Positions 24,099 to 37,148 of a stretch of 42,917 nucleotides of DNA are shown here, piece by piece (position 1 is the stretch's first letter; each line of letters opens with the position of its first letter). The notes under the pieces are model-generated. The model had not been told where the DNA came from. It saw nothing but the letters and a program-made list of their open reading frames with translations, and made no database searches. The DNA is from Octopus bimaculoides. Its lineage: Eukaryota. Both the position numbers and the translations under genes were made by a program. Where the stretch lies: positions 36,195,032 to 36,237,948 of the forward strand of contig NC_068984.1 of assembly GCF_001194135.2 (NCBI RefSeq), given 5' to 3'.

Positions 24099-26982
24099 NN
24101 NNNNNNNNNNNNNNNNNNNNNNNNNNNNNNNNNNNNNNNNNNNNNNNNNNNNNNNNNNNNNNNNNNNNNNNNNNNNNNNNNNNNNNNNNNNNNNNNNNNN
24201 NNNNNNNNNNNNNNNNNNNNNNNNNNNNNNNNNNNNNNNNNNNNNNNNNNNNNNNNNNNNNNNNNNNNNNNNNNNNNNNNNNNNNNNNNNNNNNNNNNNN
24301 NNNNNNNNNNNNNNNNNNNNNNNNNNNNNNNNNNNNNNNNNNNNNNNNNNNNNNNNNNNNNNNNNNNNNNNNNNNNNNNNNNNNNNNNNNNNNNNNNNNN
24401 NNNNNNNNNNNNNNNNNNNNNNNNNNNNNNNNNNNNNNNNNNNNNNNNNNNNNNNNNNNNNNNNNNNNNNNNNNNNNNNNNNNNNNNNNNNNNNNNNNNN
24501 NNNNNNNNNNNNNNNNNNNNNNNNNNNNNNNNNNNNNNNNNNNNNNNNNNNNNNNNNNNNNNNNNNNNNNNNNNNNNNNNNNNNNNNNNNNNNNNNNNNN
24601 NNNNNNNNNNNNNNNNNNNNNNNNNNNNNNNNNNNNNNNNNNNNNNNNNNNNNNNNNNNNNNNNNNNNNNNNNNNNNNNNNNNNNNNNNNNNNNNNNNNN
24701 NNNNNNNNNNNNNNNNNNNNNNNNNNNNNNNNNNNNNNNNNNNNNNNNNNNNNNNNNNNNNNNNNNNNNNNNNNNNNNNNNNNNNNNNNNNNNNNNNNNN
24801 NNNNNNNNNNNNNNNNNNNNNNNNNNNNNNNNNNNNNNNNNNNNNNNNNNNNNNNNNNNNNNNNNNNNNNNNNNNNNNNNNNNTATATATATATATATAT
24901 ATACATACATACATACATACATACATACATACATACATACCTATATACAACATATATAAGCATCTATATATACTTCACTATGAAGAATTCCTCAACGCAG
25001 TGATGATGCCAGGTAGCCAATAGCAGTGAATGTCTTTCACCGGTAACAACTAGGTACATACCATTGCTTAAATAATTACTTACATATGTATGTATGTATG
25101 TGTATATGTATGTCTGCGCATAAATTTGCCATGTATTTTATGTACGTGTGCGTGCGTGTGTGAGTGCGTGCGTGGGAATCTCTGTGTGTCTGTCCATAAT
25201 GGTATCCATTATATGTGCATATATGTATAAATATATACATATATATCTGAATGGGTTCATTAAATCTATGGCCATGTTCCAAGTTGATTTTATTTATAAT
25301 ATTTTTCTTTTTCATAAGGTCGTATCGGTTTCCTGTAGTTATTTTAGAGTAATAAAGTTCTTAAATGAGTATTAAAAATTTTATGGGGTAAAACAATGAA
25401 AGCTGATTCGAAATGTATTTTCATTCTTATGAAAATTTTGAATATATGGATTTAGGAAATTTATTGTTCGAAAATAACAGAAATAGATTGATACGAGAAT
25501 AACTCTGATTACGCGATTTCATATTTACGGAAACTGTAAAATATAAGTAATAACTACAGAAAATGGTCTATAATTGTGGCCTTAGGAATAAAGGATGAAT
25601 TGGAACAATATAAAAATTGCACTTTTTTTTAGCTAAAAACCTCTCTACATTTTATTCAAGATCGAAGTATAGTGCACAAATTCAAAAAGACTTATAATCA
25701 CAATACATACATGTGCTTATTTCTATGTATGTGTGTTTGCACATATTTGTATATGCACTACTATAAACACTTGCGTAGTGTGAGGTGAAATTGTTTTCTG
25801 CGTACTCCATTTTATTACTGAAAGTTAGATTCATTTGAGTAAATGAGAGTAGTATGAAGCTAGTATGGAAGTCACCAGCGTATTGACAATAGGTTAATAG
25901 ATGTAATTTAGAGAGCACATTAGCTACAACTGGTTCTCTGGAGTGAACCCAGTGGCGTTCGTCAATAGCAAAAATGTCTGCAGTCATCACGGTCAGCGTC
26001 GACTATGCGAAGTGGCAATGTTATTTTAATTGTTGACTTGTCTTTACTGCTCGGTCTACGATTGCACTTAGCTATCTGTTGCCTTTTCTTTTATTTTGGG
26101 AAATATCTAGTAAATTGCAGTTTTATTATGATACCAAAGAGCATTTTACAAAATACTAACGTATTTACAGAAATAATAATAATGTACAGCATAACACTGA
26201 TTAACGCATTACTTAATAAAAATATTATGTATGTGCTCATACATACAAACAGGGCGCGTAAAAAATATCGACCAAATCAGAAGTGTTTTGTTGCCCATTT
26301 ATCAAGGCAGTAGATGATGACACATACGTACGGGAAGAGACTAGATATCAATATATTCTAAAAGTGTAACTAACTAGAACGTGGCAATTGAAATGAGTAA
26401 TATAATCCATAGTAATCCGTGTCTTGGAATAATTTGAAAAATCTACAAGCAAAAACACAACGAAACATCTAGACATGGATATATATATATGCAAACTACA
26501 GAAGTAGCACTTCTATATGTTTACGTATTATACATTGACTAATTCTTAAACTAGCTCAATATATGAAAATGATCTACCAACGATAATATAAATATTCTGT
26601 CAACAAACCGACAGATGTCATGTATTTTAATAGATATCTATTTTCATCGAAGAACGAGGATCCTGAAATGAAAATAAGCATACAGAAAATAAAAAACCGC
26701 ATCAACAATAAATAGGAAATTCGTCATTAGCATACTTGATCAGAGCTAAAGAATTTTAAAAAATTATAATTACAACTTTGATGATGAAAAAATATCATTA
26801 CAGTAATGGTTAATTTTCTGAGGAAACACAGGAGAGGCAAACTTGGATTTTAAATTAATTAAAATTAATTAAACATAGTACGCAGTGGGAAGTGATTCCG
26901 ATATTTGGAAGTATGAGAAAAATTCTGAGAATATTTTAACTGTATCTGCAAAGCATAGTCTACTTGTTACTGCCATATTATA

Positions 26983-27661
26983 CAGGGCGACCTTAAAGTC
27001 AGGCATCATGGGAGATATCAAGTATGATTTATTAGCAATGAAGTAGATTATCCATCACAAATATTCAAAATTTTGGCCATGTAGTTCTAAAGAAGCATTC
27101 ATACGGAATTTGAAATCGCGATGAACCCTCTGAAATAGCTCTTCATTGCCGTTGAATTGTTCACACGCTTTAAAAATTCTTCGAAGAAGATATCTTGGTC
27201 ACGAATCTTTTCAGAATACACAAGGGATGTAATATAACCCCAGAAGAAAAAGTCCATGAGAGTGAAATCTTGTGACCGTAGCGCCCGAACCATCTCTTTG
27301 GAAAATATTCATTCAGAAAGTCATGAACTTATAATGCATAATGGGTCGGAGCCCCATCCTGCTGAAAACCGACAGGATTTCCCCTTTTAAGTGAATGTAC
27401 GTGAGGCATCATCTTGTTGCCAAGCATATCCAGATACGAATCACTTGTCACAGAGCGCTCAAAATAAAATGTTCCAATTACTCGATTGTGCCAAATCTCA
27501 CACCATGCCATTACCTTGCCCCCGCCTTGTTGATTCTCTGCTGCCATCCAATGAGGATTGGTTCGTGAGTAATATCGGTAATTGTGAAAAGAGTTTTTAA
27601 AAAAATAAAATATTAGCAATTTCACATATTGGAGGATGGTGCGTGACTTATGGCCACCCTA
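26983..27661 (-). mobile_element. Internally deleted Tc1/mariner-superfamily element (DD37D-like)
   Basis: TA-flanked TIRs CAGGGCGACCTTAAAGTCAGGCATCAT and TAGGGTGGCCATAAGTCACGCACCATC; KVMAWCEIWHNRVIGTFYFE, FQQDGAPTHYAL, RSQDFTLMDFFFWGYITSLVY. Confidence 0.88.
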
Positions 27662-28299
27662 TATATTTGTGGAATATACAGAAATTCAGTGAGCAGGGTG
27701 GCGTGATAACCAAAATAAATAGTGGGAAAAACCTGGAACACCTTACTACTTTAAATACAAACAGTGCAATTATCACTAATTAATTTGATACTGTGAGACA
27801 AGCAGAGTACTAGGTATGGTAAACTACATTTACTAATATACTAAATCTTACCACATAATATAATGACTTACAATATAATCAATATACCAAAGTATACAAT
27901 ATAATAAATGGGAAAGATAGATATACTTCACAGCGAAAGAAATTCATTAAAGATTTTCTAGAATAGTATACCCATTAACTTTTCTTCCCGATCACACGGC
28001 ATATATGCTACGGACTGGAGATTGACGTTATAATGCAGCATTCGTTAATACTAACACTTACAATAGGTCTCATGCTCTGCACAATTGTTAGTCATACTCT
28101 TATTCATCTCACATGACATGTACATTGTAGATTCACCATCGTTTATCACAATCAACGCACCAAATCTTATACATGTCAAATAGATATAAAACTGGATGCC
28201 TGTACTCAGTCAATTTGATCGACTGTAATCTGACCTGAATTTATAGATGCATGTTTATCTCACAAATTATAATTATAAAAATGTTTAAGATGGTAAAAT

Positions 28300-28930
28300 G
28301 CAGTGAGCTAGCAGAATCGTTAACGCGCCGGCTGAAATGATTAGCAGCATTCGTCCGTTTTTAGATTCTGAGTTAAGATTCCGGCGAGATAGACTTTACT
28401 TGTTATAATTTTCAGGTCAATAAAATAAGTACTGGGTTCATGTCACCGATAAATCCCACTCTCCTGAAATTATTGGCAACCTTGTGCCAAAATTTAAAGT
28501 AATATTAAGGTGGTTATGTGTCAGAATCGATATAGCACCCAAAGTATGCTCTTTGGTATTTCCACCAGTTCTTTGCATTTTGTGTTCAAAGTCAATTCTA
28601 GCTTTCGTCTCTGTCGGATTGATTTGATAATGTGTCAATCAAGTACTGAGATCCATAGTATTCAACAACACATTACCGTCAAAAACTGAAAATCTTGTAC
28701 CTAAATCATAAACAATTAAAGGCGGCCAACCTGCAGAACGCTCAGAGCATCGTAAAATTTGAATCAATATTGCTCTGGATCTTTACATTCTGATTTAAGA
28801 TAGCAATGAGATCAAATTCGTATTTCATCTATTCAAGTGTTATAAAGCACCAGTGAAGTACTGAGGCTGATGGTATCGACTAAGCCCTTTTCCCAAAATT
28901 ACTGGTCTTGTCTTAAATCAGAAGCGAGAA
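28300..28930 (+). mobile_element. Three successive decayed SINE family A copies (about 28300-28506, 28520-28650, 28712-28930)
   Basis: Repeated CAGAA(T/C)CG heads and AAGTACTG or GCACCAG central motifs. Confidence 0.6.
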
Positions 28931-29899
28931 TGTGTATTAATATTAATTTGTGTGAAGTACATGCTACTTATTCGAGTGAGGAAGTTCTTCCCATAATCTT
29001 CTTGATGCTTTTGGTAGACCCATCTTATTTTTGCTCACCGGAGCTTTGGCAGTAAAATATGTTATTGTTTTAGTTTCAAAAATCCTTTGGTTCATTTTTT
29101 TTTTTTAAGAAAATCATTGTTAAAGATTCTTTGCGAAACAAGAAATTGGTCAAGAAAGGGAGAATTCGTGTAATTACGAACCTAAAAAATTGATTCAAGC
29201 TAGTGCAAATCCTTCACCAACAATGACAATAACTACTACGGTCTAGAAAGATATATTTAATGATAGAGACGGGTATCCAGAACTTGACGGTGGTGCTGAT
29301 ATGTAACAACGAGCTACACATTGAAGCACTTACCATAATTTCATGCTCACCACAGGTATTTTTCATAATCTAAGTTCAGAAAAGGCAACGACTCACTACA
29401 ATAAGAGCGATCAACTTATTATCAAGCTGTGAACTAGTTTCGAAATGATCGTAGGACTTAAGTCTAACACTAAACAGAACCACCATCAGCAAACTTGTTC
29501 AAAACATGCATCTGTTTCCTACTGCTGTGTTTACTTCTTACCCGTCTAACATAAATATATTGAGAGTAGGTAGTATAAATGCACGTGGCCAGAAGTCGGT
29601 GGGGAGTCATAGTTTTAGACAGTTATTTAAATATAATAGAATCTTGTCAAAGAATTTTAAGTAGAGGCCTATGAACAAATCTCGAATGCCTTTTACATGG
29701 AATTACTACACTGTACTTACAATATTTTTGATGCATCAAGAGCAAATATAGATGTAACTGATACACGTACACAAGGTCGATATTTTCTTATACTCGAATA
29801 ATATCTTATGAAAACGTATCTCCTGATGACATTCAATGAATAACGCAACTTTGACTACTGCTATTACCACTAATTAAACAATGACTCCTACTATGAATT

Positions 29900-29901
<2 letters not shown>

Positions 29902-29966
<65 letters not shown>
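29902..29966. repeat. (CTA)n microsatellite
   Basis: Read directly. Confidence 0.95.
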
Positions 29967-30159
29967 CGCAACTGCTGCTGCAATATTCATGTCCGTACTT
30001 TTGCCACCAGAAGTACACCTATTCGATATGCATACGAATTGATAGATTTGTGACAACGACAGATTTTTGATACATGAAAATTTGGGCGAAGTTAGACAAG
30101 TGCATGTAAATTCTATGAAAGCTGGTTGATAGTAGGGACAATATTGAGGTGAGATAAGA

Positions 30160-30385
30160 AGGCGAATTGTCAGAATCGTTACCGCGCCGGACAAAATGGT
30201 TAGTATTTCTTTCAACTTTTTGAGTTCAGAATGTTTAGTGGCATTTCTTGCAACGACTTGAATTCATTTGCCGGTGCATTCGACATTTCATCCTTTCGCG
30301 GTTGATAAAGTAAGTATCAGCTGAACACTGATATAATCTATTTAGTATTTCCCACAAAATTACTGATCTTATGACAAAATTTGAA
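30160..30385 (+). mobile_element. SINE family A copy with partial internal duplication
   Basis: GGCGAATTGTCAGAATCGTTACCGCGCCGG..TTTCATCCTTTCGCGGTTGATAAAGTAAGTATCAG. Confidence 0.65.
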
Positions 30386-32189
30386 ACCAACATTGACTTG
30401 AAATTAAACCACTCTAATTATCCGACTGTAGGTTAAATGCCTCCTTTTGAAAGGGCACATATAGTCTGGGTTATGTTTGTGTGCTCCATGAATCCCCTTC
30501 CATTTGAGAATTTCCTTGTTATTTAGTATGTATTCTTATTTCTATTTTTATCAATATGCTAGTGTGTGTTTGTTATTATAGCAGCATAATTGATCCTCTT
30601 TATATTTTTCATTTCTTTGTTTTTAATTTTTACATCATGTGTACCTCAGGCGATTAAAGGAAATTATCATCATCACCAGCACCAGCAGTAGCAACTGTAG
30701 TAGTAGGATTATTATTAGTAGTCTTTGTTGGTGTTGTCTTTGTTGTTGTTGTCTTTGTTTTTGTAGTAGTAAGAGTAGCAGCAGTTGTAGTTGCAATATT
30801 TATAGAATATTTTCAGGTATGTTTTCTAAAAATATATATCAAGCATAAAAAAAATATCGACGTTGTTGTGTATTTGTTGTGTTTATTTTTGAAAAAATAT
30901 TTCTATCTAAAGTATTGATAAGTAAAGAAAAATAATGATAACATATTAAAGAAATATATTATAAACCCTATTTGTGAAAACCTACTTATGAAAATAAATG
31001 GAGCCTTTTAGAAAATTAAAGTTGATTGTGATTCGGTAAACAATATGAATGATTTTTTTCTCATGATATCAATTAATAAAATATTGATGAGTTCTAAAGA
31101 ATCGATTATAAATAAACAGAAACATTCACAAAATAAAGTATTGAATTTTTCTATTTATTTTCATTCCTTATCTTCAAATATATTTTATGTTATAAACATT
31201 TCCCTTATTTTATAGTATTCTCCTACTCGTTCTTTATTTTGTAAAGTACTTCTTACTTCTCGATTTTATTTTTCATGATACATATTTCCATTCGTTCTTT
31301 TCCTTCGTCTTCTGATTCTTACTGTTTTATATATTTTCCGTTCCCCCATTTTTTCACTGCTTACAATTTATTCCATCTTATACACTCTTATATACTTCAA
31401 TTCGTTTTTAAACCGTGTCTCATTTCTTGATTTCTCTATTACTTCAATTTGTTCGAAATGAAATACTTTCAGTATACTTTAACAAGTTCTCAAATAATTG
31501 TCAATCAGTTAAACATTTATAACAACCATTTGGCTATTGCAATTGCTTGAAAGAAGTTGGCAACTAGGCAAGTTGGTTGAATCTCCGGAGTGTCGAAAAA
31601 ATAGCTTCCGATAATTTGCTCCTTTCACTCCATATTCTAAGTTCAAATCTCTTCAAAGTCAACTTTGTCTTTCAACCCTCTGAGTTAGATGAAATATATT
31701 ACCTGTCAAGCGCTGGCACCATATCTGACAGCCGATCCCTTTCCTTCATATACGCTACATTTGCCCCCAAATTAGAAAGAAATATTAATGCTTGGGTGAG
31801 AGGGAAATGAGAACAGAATAATTTCGTAGAAACGTATTTCCACAAGCTCTTAGATTTCCATCTGTCCATTAACAAGCAATGTATTTCACATTAACATAAA
31901 AGTGTTATCAAGCAGTCCATTGAAGACAAGTCAAGTGAAAGGTTGAAATAATATCAATGTTTTCATAAGTAAAATAAATATTATATTCTACTTAAATATT
32001 TTGACTGATCGTTCAAGTAAAGTTCAAATGTTTGCGTGTATAATTATTCATAAATACATTAAAAAGATGTATATGCGTATGCTCATGTATGCGAGCACGC
32101 GCGCTTGTGTGTATGCGTGTGTGTGTATCAGCATGATTAGTTAAGTGCTAGGACTTCATTGATGAAGATCTTTTCAGAGGATAGCATCA

Positions 32190-32520
32190 TTGCTCAATGA
32201 ATTACACTGCTGTGACTTCTCAACAATATCAGTTGGATGTTTCCTGCAGGAGAATAACTTGAAAGACAATCAGCTGAAGAAAGCAAATAGTGAAATTTCC
32301 ATGGAAGTTCAAACCTGCTTCTTGTTGTGGTACACAATAACTGCAAAGGTAATGCTCCTTTAGGCAAAGGACTGTATCGTCGTCGCATCCACATTCAGTC
32401 ATCAATGACACATTCAGGTGACACGTGGACCCTAAATATTCGAAAGATCTATGATCCGGAAGAGTATGCTGAATGTTGCGACAATCAGTCGAATACATTG
32501 TACTATATTTAAATAGGTCT
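32190..32520 (-). mobile_element. Decayed RTE-clade LINE fragment
   Basis: SFEYLGST (compare RTE F-x-YLGS) followed by QQEAGLNFH..VILLQETSN (compare RQEARLNSFH..ISWQDKV.N). Confidence 0.5.
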
Positions 32521-33034
32521 TGCAGAACGTGCATGTGCAGAGTATCACTTACATTTATGTCACCTACATTTCCCTCTCTCTTTCTCTCCCTCCTCCTCCT
32601 CCATCTCCCTCCCTCTCTCTCAGTCTCTCTATGTATTTGCTTATATATATATATATATACAAGCCCAGAGACGTTGCCGGGAGCCCCGGAAAGAGTTCTG
32701 TTCTCTCTTCTTCGTAAAGGACCGTGTCCGTAGAATTGGTGCGTCCGGAGATACCGATATACTGCTTGTAGAGCACCGCGTCTCGGGATGTTACATTTTT
32801 TTTTGTAAACATTTAATTATTAAAGTGCAAAAAATATCAGAAAAGCTATTTCTTTTCATTTTTTCAAATATATAGTGCTGTAGTACTGTACCAAGGACTT
32901 TCTATTTCTTATTCTATTGTGCATATATATTCTATATTCTTATTCTATATATATATATATATATATATNNNNNNNNNNNNNNNNNNNNNNNNNNNNNNNN
33001 NNNNNNNNNNNNNNNNNNNNNNNNNNNNNNNNNN

Positions 33035-33101
<67 letters not shown>

Positions 33102-33199
33102 GGAGAGACATACAGACAAACAGAAATAGATAGATAGATATATAGATAGATTCTAGATAGAAGATAGAAATTCTAGATAGGTAGAAATATGGAAGGGGA

Positions 33200-33390
33200 C
33201 AAATGTACTACATGGAAGGGAATAAGTGAACTATATAGACCCCAGTACCAGACTGGTAAATAAATTCATGGATCTTGAAATGGTGAAACGCAAAATTGCC
33301 ATCAGCGGGATTTAAACAATACGCAAAGATAAAAAGAAATCCCAACAAGTATTTTGCCAGACGCGGTAAAAATTCTGACATGTCGCCTTA
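33200..33390 (-). mobile_element. Decayed SINE family A copy
   Basis: Reverse complement of the head AAGGCGACATGTCAGAA and of the central ..TACCAG..ACTGGG motif. Confidence 0.55.
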
Positions 33391-33758
33391 CGAAAAGTGC
33401 GAAGAACGATTGAAAATGTGCCAAATTTTTTAGTACATCATCAGAAAATTGCTGTGTAAAACTGATTGGCAAAATATGGTCTCCTTTTTTAAGTAAAACT
33501 CTTTAGTGAGACCATGCACTATACACATTCAATAAAATATTTTCATATGAATAATTTTATGATAAAATGTGGTTTTCTTTTTTATTCTTTTCGAATTGTA
33601 AATGTTACTTTGATGAAATATGAAATAATATTTTGTTAGTAAAATCTATTTGTTTATATGAAAATATTTTTTATATGAAAGAGTAATTTTGTATCTTATT
33701 TCAAACTGCATCTCTCATTGTATTATTACTACTATTATTAATATTATTATTGTTGTAA

Positions 33759-34442
33759 GGTGGCGAACTGGCAGAAACGTTAGCACGCCGCGCGAATTGC
33801 GTAGCGGTATTTCGTCTGCAGTTACGTTTTGAGTTCAAATTCCGCCGAGGTCCACTGTGCTTTTCATTATTTCTTAAATAAGTACCAGTTACGCACTGGG
33901 GTTAATATAATCGACATAATCCGTTTGTCTGTACTTGCTTGTCCCCTCTGTGTGTAGACCCTTGAGGGCAATAAGGAACGTTAGCACGCCGGGCGAAATG
34001 CTTAGCGGTATTTCGTCTGCCTTTATGTTCTGAATTCAAATTCCGCCGAGGTTGACTTTGATTTTCATCCTTTCTGAGTTGGTAAATTAAGTACCAGTTC
34101 TGTACTGGGTCGATCTAATTTACAGGCCCCTCCCCCAAAATTTCGGACCTTGTACATAGAGTAGAAATGATTATTATTGTTGATGCTGTTGTTCTTGTTG
34201 AGGTGGTGTGCTAGTAGAATCGTTAGCGCGCTTGGTAAAACTCTTAGTAGTATTTCTTCCGACTTTACGTTTTGAGTTCAAATTATACCGGGGTCGACAT
34301 TGCCATTCATCATAAAATAAGTACCAGTTAATTACTGAGGTTGATTTAATAGATTTATCCCTTCTCACCGAAATGACTGGCCTTGTGCCAGAATTTGAAT
34401 TCATTAACCTTATTGCTATTATTATTATTATTATTATTATTA
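33759..34442 (+). mobile_element. Head-to-tail triplet of SINE family A (33759-33975, 33976-34170, 34202-34442)
   Basis: Three copies of TTAGC(A/G)CGC..G(A/T)TTCAAATT..AAGTACCAGTT; the last ends in (ATT)n. Confidence 0.88.
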
Positions 34443-34759
34443 GACAAGACGAAGAGCGCGATGCGATTGCAATAGCTATTTTATTGGTTGAACGATATTT
34501 CAACAGTAAGCTTGTCTTTGTCGAGTTCAAAATAAGATGTGATGAAAATTCAAAATTAAAGAAATTTAACTTTAAAGTATGAACGAGAGCAACTAGCGTC
34601 CACATGTTGATGGAAATTACATCATCAGTCTTTAAGTTTCAATTTTATAACGGGTGATAAGAAAAAGACAGGAAAAAGGAGACAGATAAAAAGGGGAAAG
34701 AAAAAAAAAGAATAGGAAAAACGAATATTCAATCAAACGGTTTTGTATAAATTTGATGT

Positions 34760-35480
34760 TATTCTTCTATCATTTTATTCATTCCTGCAGCGCGTGATGT
34801 TAATAACCAGCAGATATATTTCTCCTCATGCATTTTGAGAAGTAAAAGTGAAGCAGATTCTAAATATTTCCTGAAAATATGTACTTTCAAGTCTTTTTCA
34901 AAATTGCAGTCGTTTGAAGCAAAATGTTCGACAACTTCTGTCGAACAATTCTTATTGTGCCTGACATCATATCTGTGCCCGTTAAATCTTTTGTCCAATT
35001 GTTTTGTTGTACAACCGACATAAATGAAGTTGTGTCCTGTGCATAGTGCCGCGTACACCAAATCAGTATGTCTACATTTTCCAACTTCTGTATAAATCAA
35101 AATATTTCTGTTATGATTCCTGATGGAATTCACTTCACTCATGTTGCTGCACAATGAACAGGGCTTACCTCTCTTGCGGCTGTTTTGCAAGGTACAGCGT
35201 GCAGATACTTCAATGCTCGTTTCCTTGGAATCAGAAATAGAGGTCAATAATTTTCTTATATACTTATTCCGTCTAAAGGCTACAATAGGTGGCTGAGGAA
35301 ATATCTGTTTGAAATGAGGATATTTTTGTGTCACATGCTAGTAACTTCATGTAACTCTTTTGAAATACCAGCGAAATTTCGGTGCCTGGTAAACACTAAA
35401 GGAATTCTATCATCTAGCGTGTTGTGTTTGCGAAAATTATACACGAAGGTTTGGCTATCTTTGCAAATATTAGCTACTTC
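34760..35480 (-). mobile_element. Penelope-like element, GIY-YIG endonuclease region (Neptune-like Cys linker)
   Basis: RIPLVFT, FPQPPIVAFRRNK, GKPCSLC, LVYAALC..FIYVGCTTKQLDKRFNGHR..VVEHF, HEEKYI..GMN; 191-aa open stretch at 34759-35334. Confidence 0.9.
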
Positions 35481-35487
35481 CTTTAAT

Positions 35488-35494
35488 CATCATT

Positions 35495-35525
<31 letters not shown>

Positions 35526-35561
35526 CCATCATCATCACCGTCATCATCATCATCATCATCA

Positions 35562-35633
<72 letters not shown>
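35488..35633. repeat. (CAT)n-(TAT)n compound microsatellite
   Basis: Read directly; the (TAT)n part is the (AAT)n tail of the adjacent LINE. Confidence 0.95.
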
Positions 35634-35634
<1 letters not shown>

Positions 35635-36690
35635 GTTTCGCTTTTGCTTAGTAATTGTACAAGTTGACACCAAGTCTCTCCCAGAGAACTCAAGAGCCAA
35701 GAATTTAGATGTTCAAGCTGGTTTTATACCATATATTTGGTTTTGCACATAGTATTGTTCTAGAGAATGTCTGTCAAAACATAAGTAAATTAGAAGTTTG
35801 TTTTAAAAGTAATTTCATTATAAGATGATAGTCTGATGTTAAGATGACAGTGGAAGACGTTAAGTTGACAGTAAAAGGTGTTTAAAAGTATTTTGACACT
35901 GTTTACAGAATCAAATATTCCAGGGATAACATAGACAATATTTTACGTAGGACATGGGCAGTTCCCATGAGAACTATTTTTTAAATTCCATCCATTTTGG
36001 GATTTCTTGGTATCTGACCTAGGAAGAAATCAGCCCATTTTGCTATTAATCCTAGAGCAACTATGACAACTGGTATTGTTTTAGACTTGAGGTTCCATAT
36101 TTTGCCAATTTCTATTTCAAGATCTTCATACATGCTCAGTTTTTGATAGGTCTTGCCAGATAAATTTAAATTTATTGGGATAGACATATCGATGAGGAAT
36201 GATGATTTCTGTCTGAAGTCCTTCCATTATAATGTCTGGCCTATTTGCATCTATCTTTCTGCCAGTTTCCACGGTGCAGTTCCAGAGGAGTGGTCATTTT
36301 TACGCACTAGCGGTGGTTTGTGTTCCCATCAGTTTTTATCTTGAGGCTGGTCCAAGTTTTGCAAATTACACAATGGATATACTGTAATGCTTTATCATGC
36401 CTGTTGAGATATTTTGTAGGCGCAAGAAGACTGCACATGGAGACATGATGTATGGCTTCATTTTGTTGTTTATATACACGACATGTTGGGCTTCTGACGC
36501 ACTTTAAGATGTTGGCCTGGTAGCTTTTTGTAGGTAGGCTTTGATCTTGGGCTGCTATGATAAAGCATTCTGCCTCTAATTTTAAGCCAAAAGACACTAA
36601 ACATTGATGTGTAAGGGTTTTGTCAACATCAGCATTATTAGCTCCCTTTGGGTATTTGCCATGGAAACGTTTCAGTAACAATATCTAAGG
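35634..36690 (-). mobile_element. R4/Dong-clade LINE copy B (5'-truncated)
   Basis: FHGKYPK..ECFIIAAQDQSLPTKSYQANIL..PTCRV..HHVSMC..RHDKALQYIH, KYEDLEIEIGKIWNLKSKTIPVVIVALGLI, IVLMGTAHVLRKILSM*, then 3'UTR and (AAT)n. Confidence 0.9.
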
Positions 36691-36696
36691 CAGCAG

Positions 36697-37096
36697 TTTT
36701 ATTTTACTATTTTTATTATTTTCATATACACACAAAAGATTATACTGTTGGGGAAAAAATCCTAACATCGAGCTACAACAAATAACCTTAGATGCCAAGA
36801 AAACTCCTAACTATCCTGGGCGTCCCTAATATCAGTTTCCTGTTACTGTACTAAACTGGGTTCTATGCCTATTTCCACTATCCATCTGTTCAAATCTTTA
36901 GGGATAGTTCCCAATGTACCTATAACTACTGGAGTACATTTTCCATAGTCTCTATAATACAATGGCTAGGTCCAAGTACTTTGCTATTTTTTCTCTATTT
37001 ATTTTTTTCCCATCATTTTAGACTGTAAAGTCAATATCTGGCACATCCTATTCTCTTCATCTGTTACTACTACCACTACTACTACTACTGCTACTG

Positions 37097-37148
<52 letters not shown>

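Noticed and set aside
22425-25023. ORFs of 200-430 aa (also at 5.3-6.1, 18.2-18.6 and 39.9-41.1 kb)
   Set aside because: They run through N gaps. Most gaps abut (TA)n tracts, which points to assembly failure rather than biology.
32178-32348. Apparent 171-nt plus-strand exon with good splice sites and an open frame
   Set aside because: Lies antisense to a decayed RTE-like LINE remnant and the peptide has no recognisable features.
34595-34635. Minus-strand CTGATGA..AACATGT downstream of the PLE GIY-YIG region
   Set aside because: The position fits a PLE hammerhead, but GAAA is absent and stem I does not close; too decayed to call.
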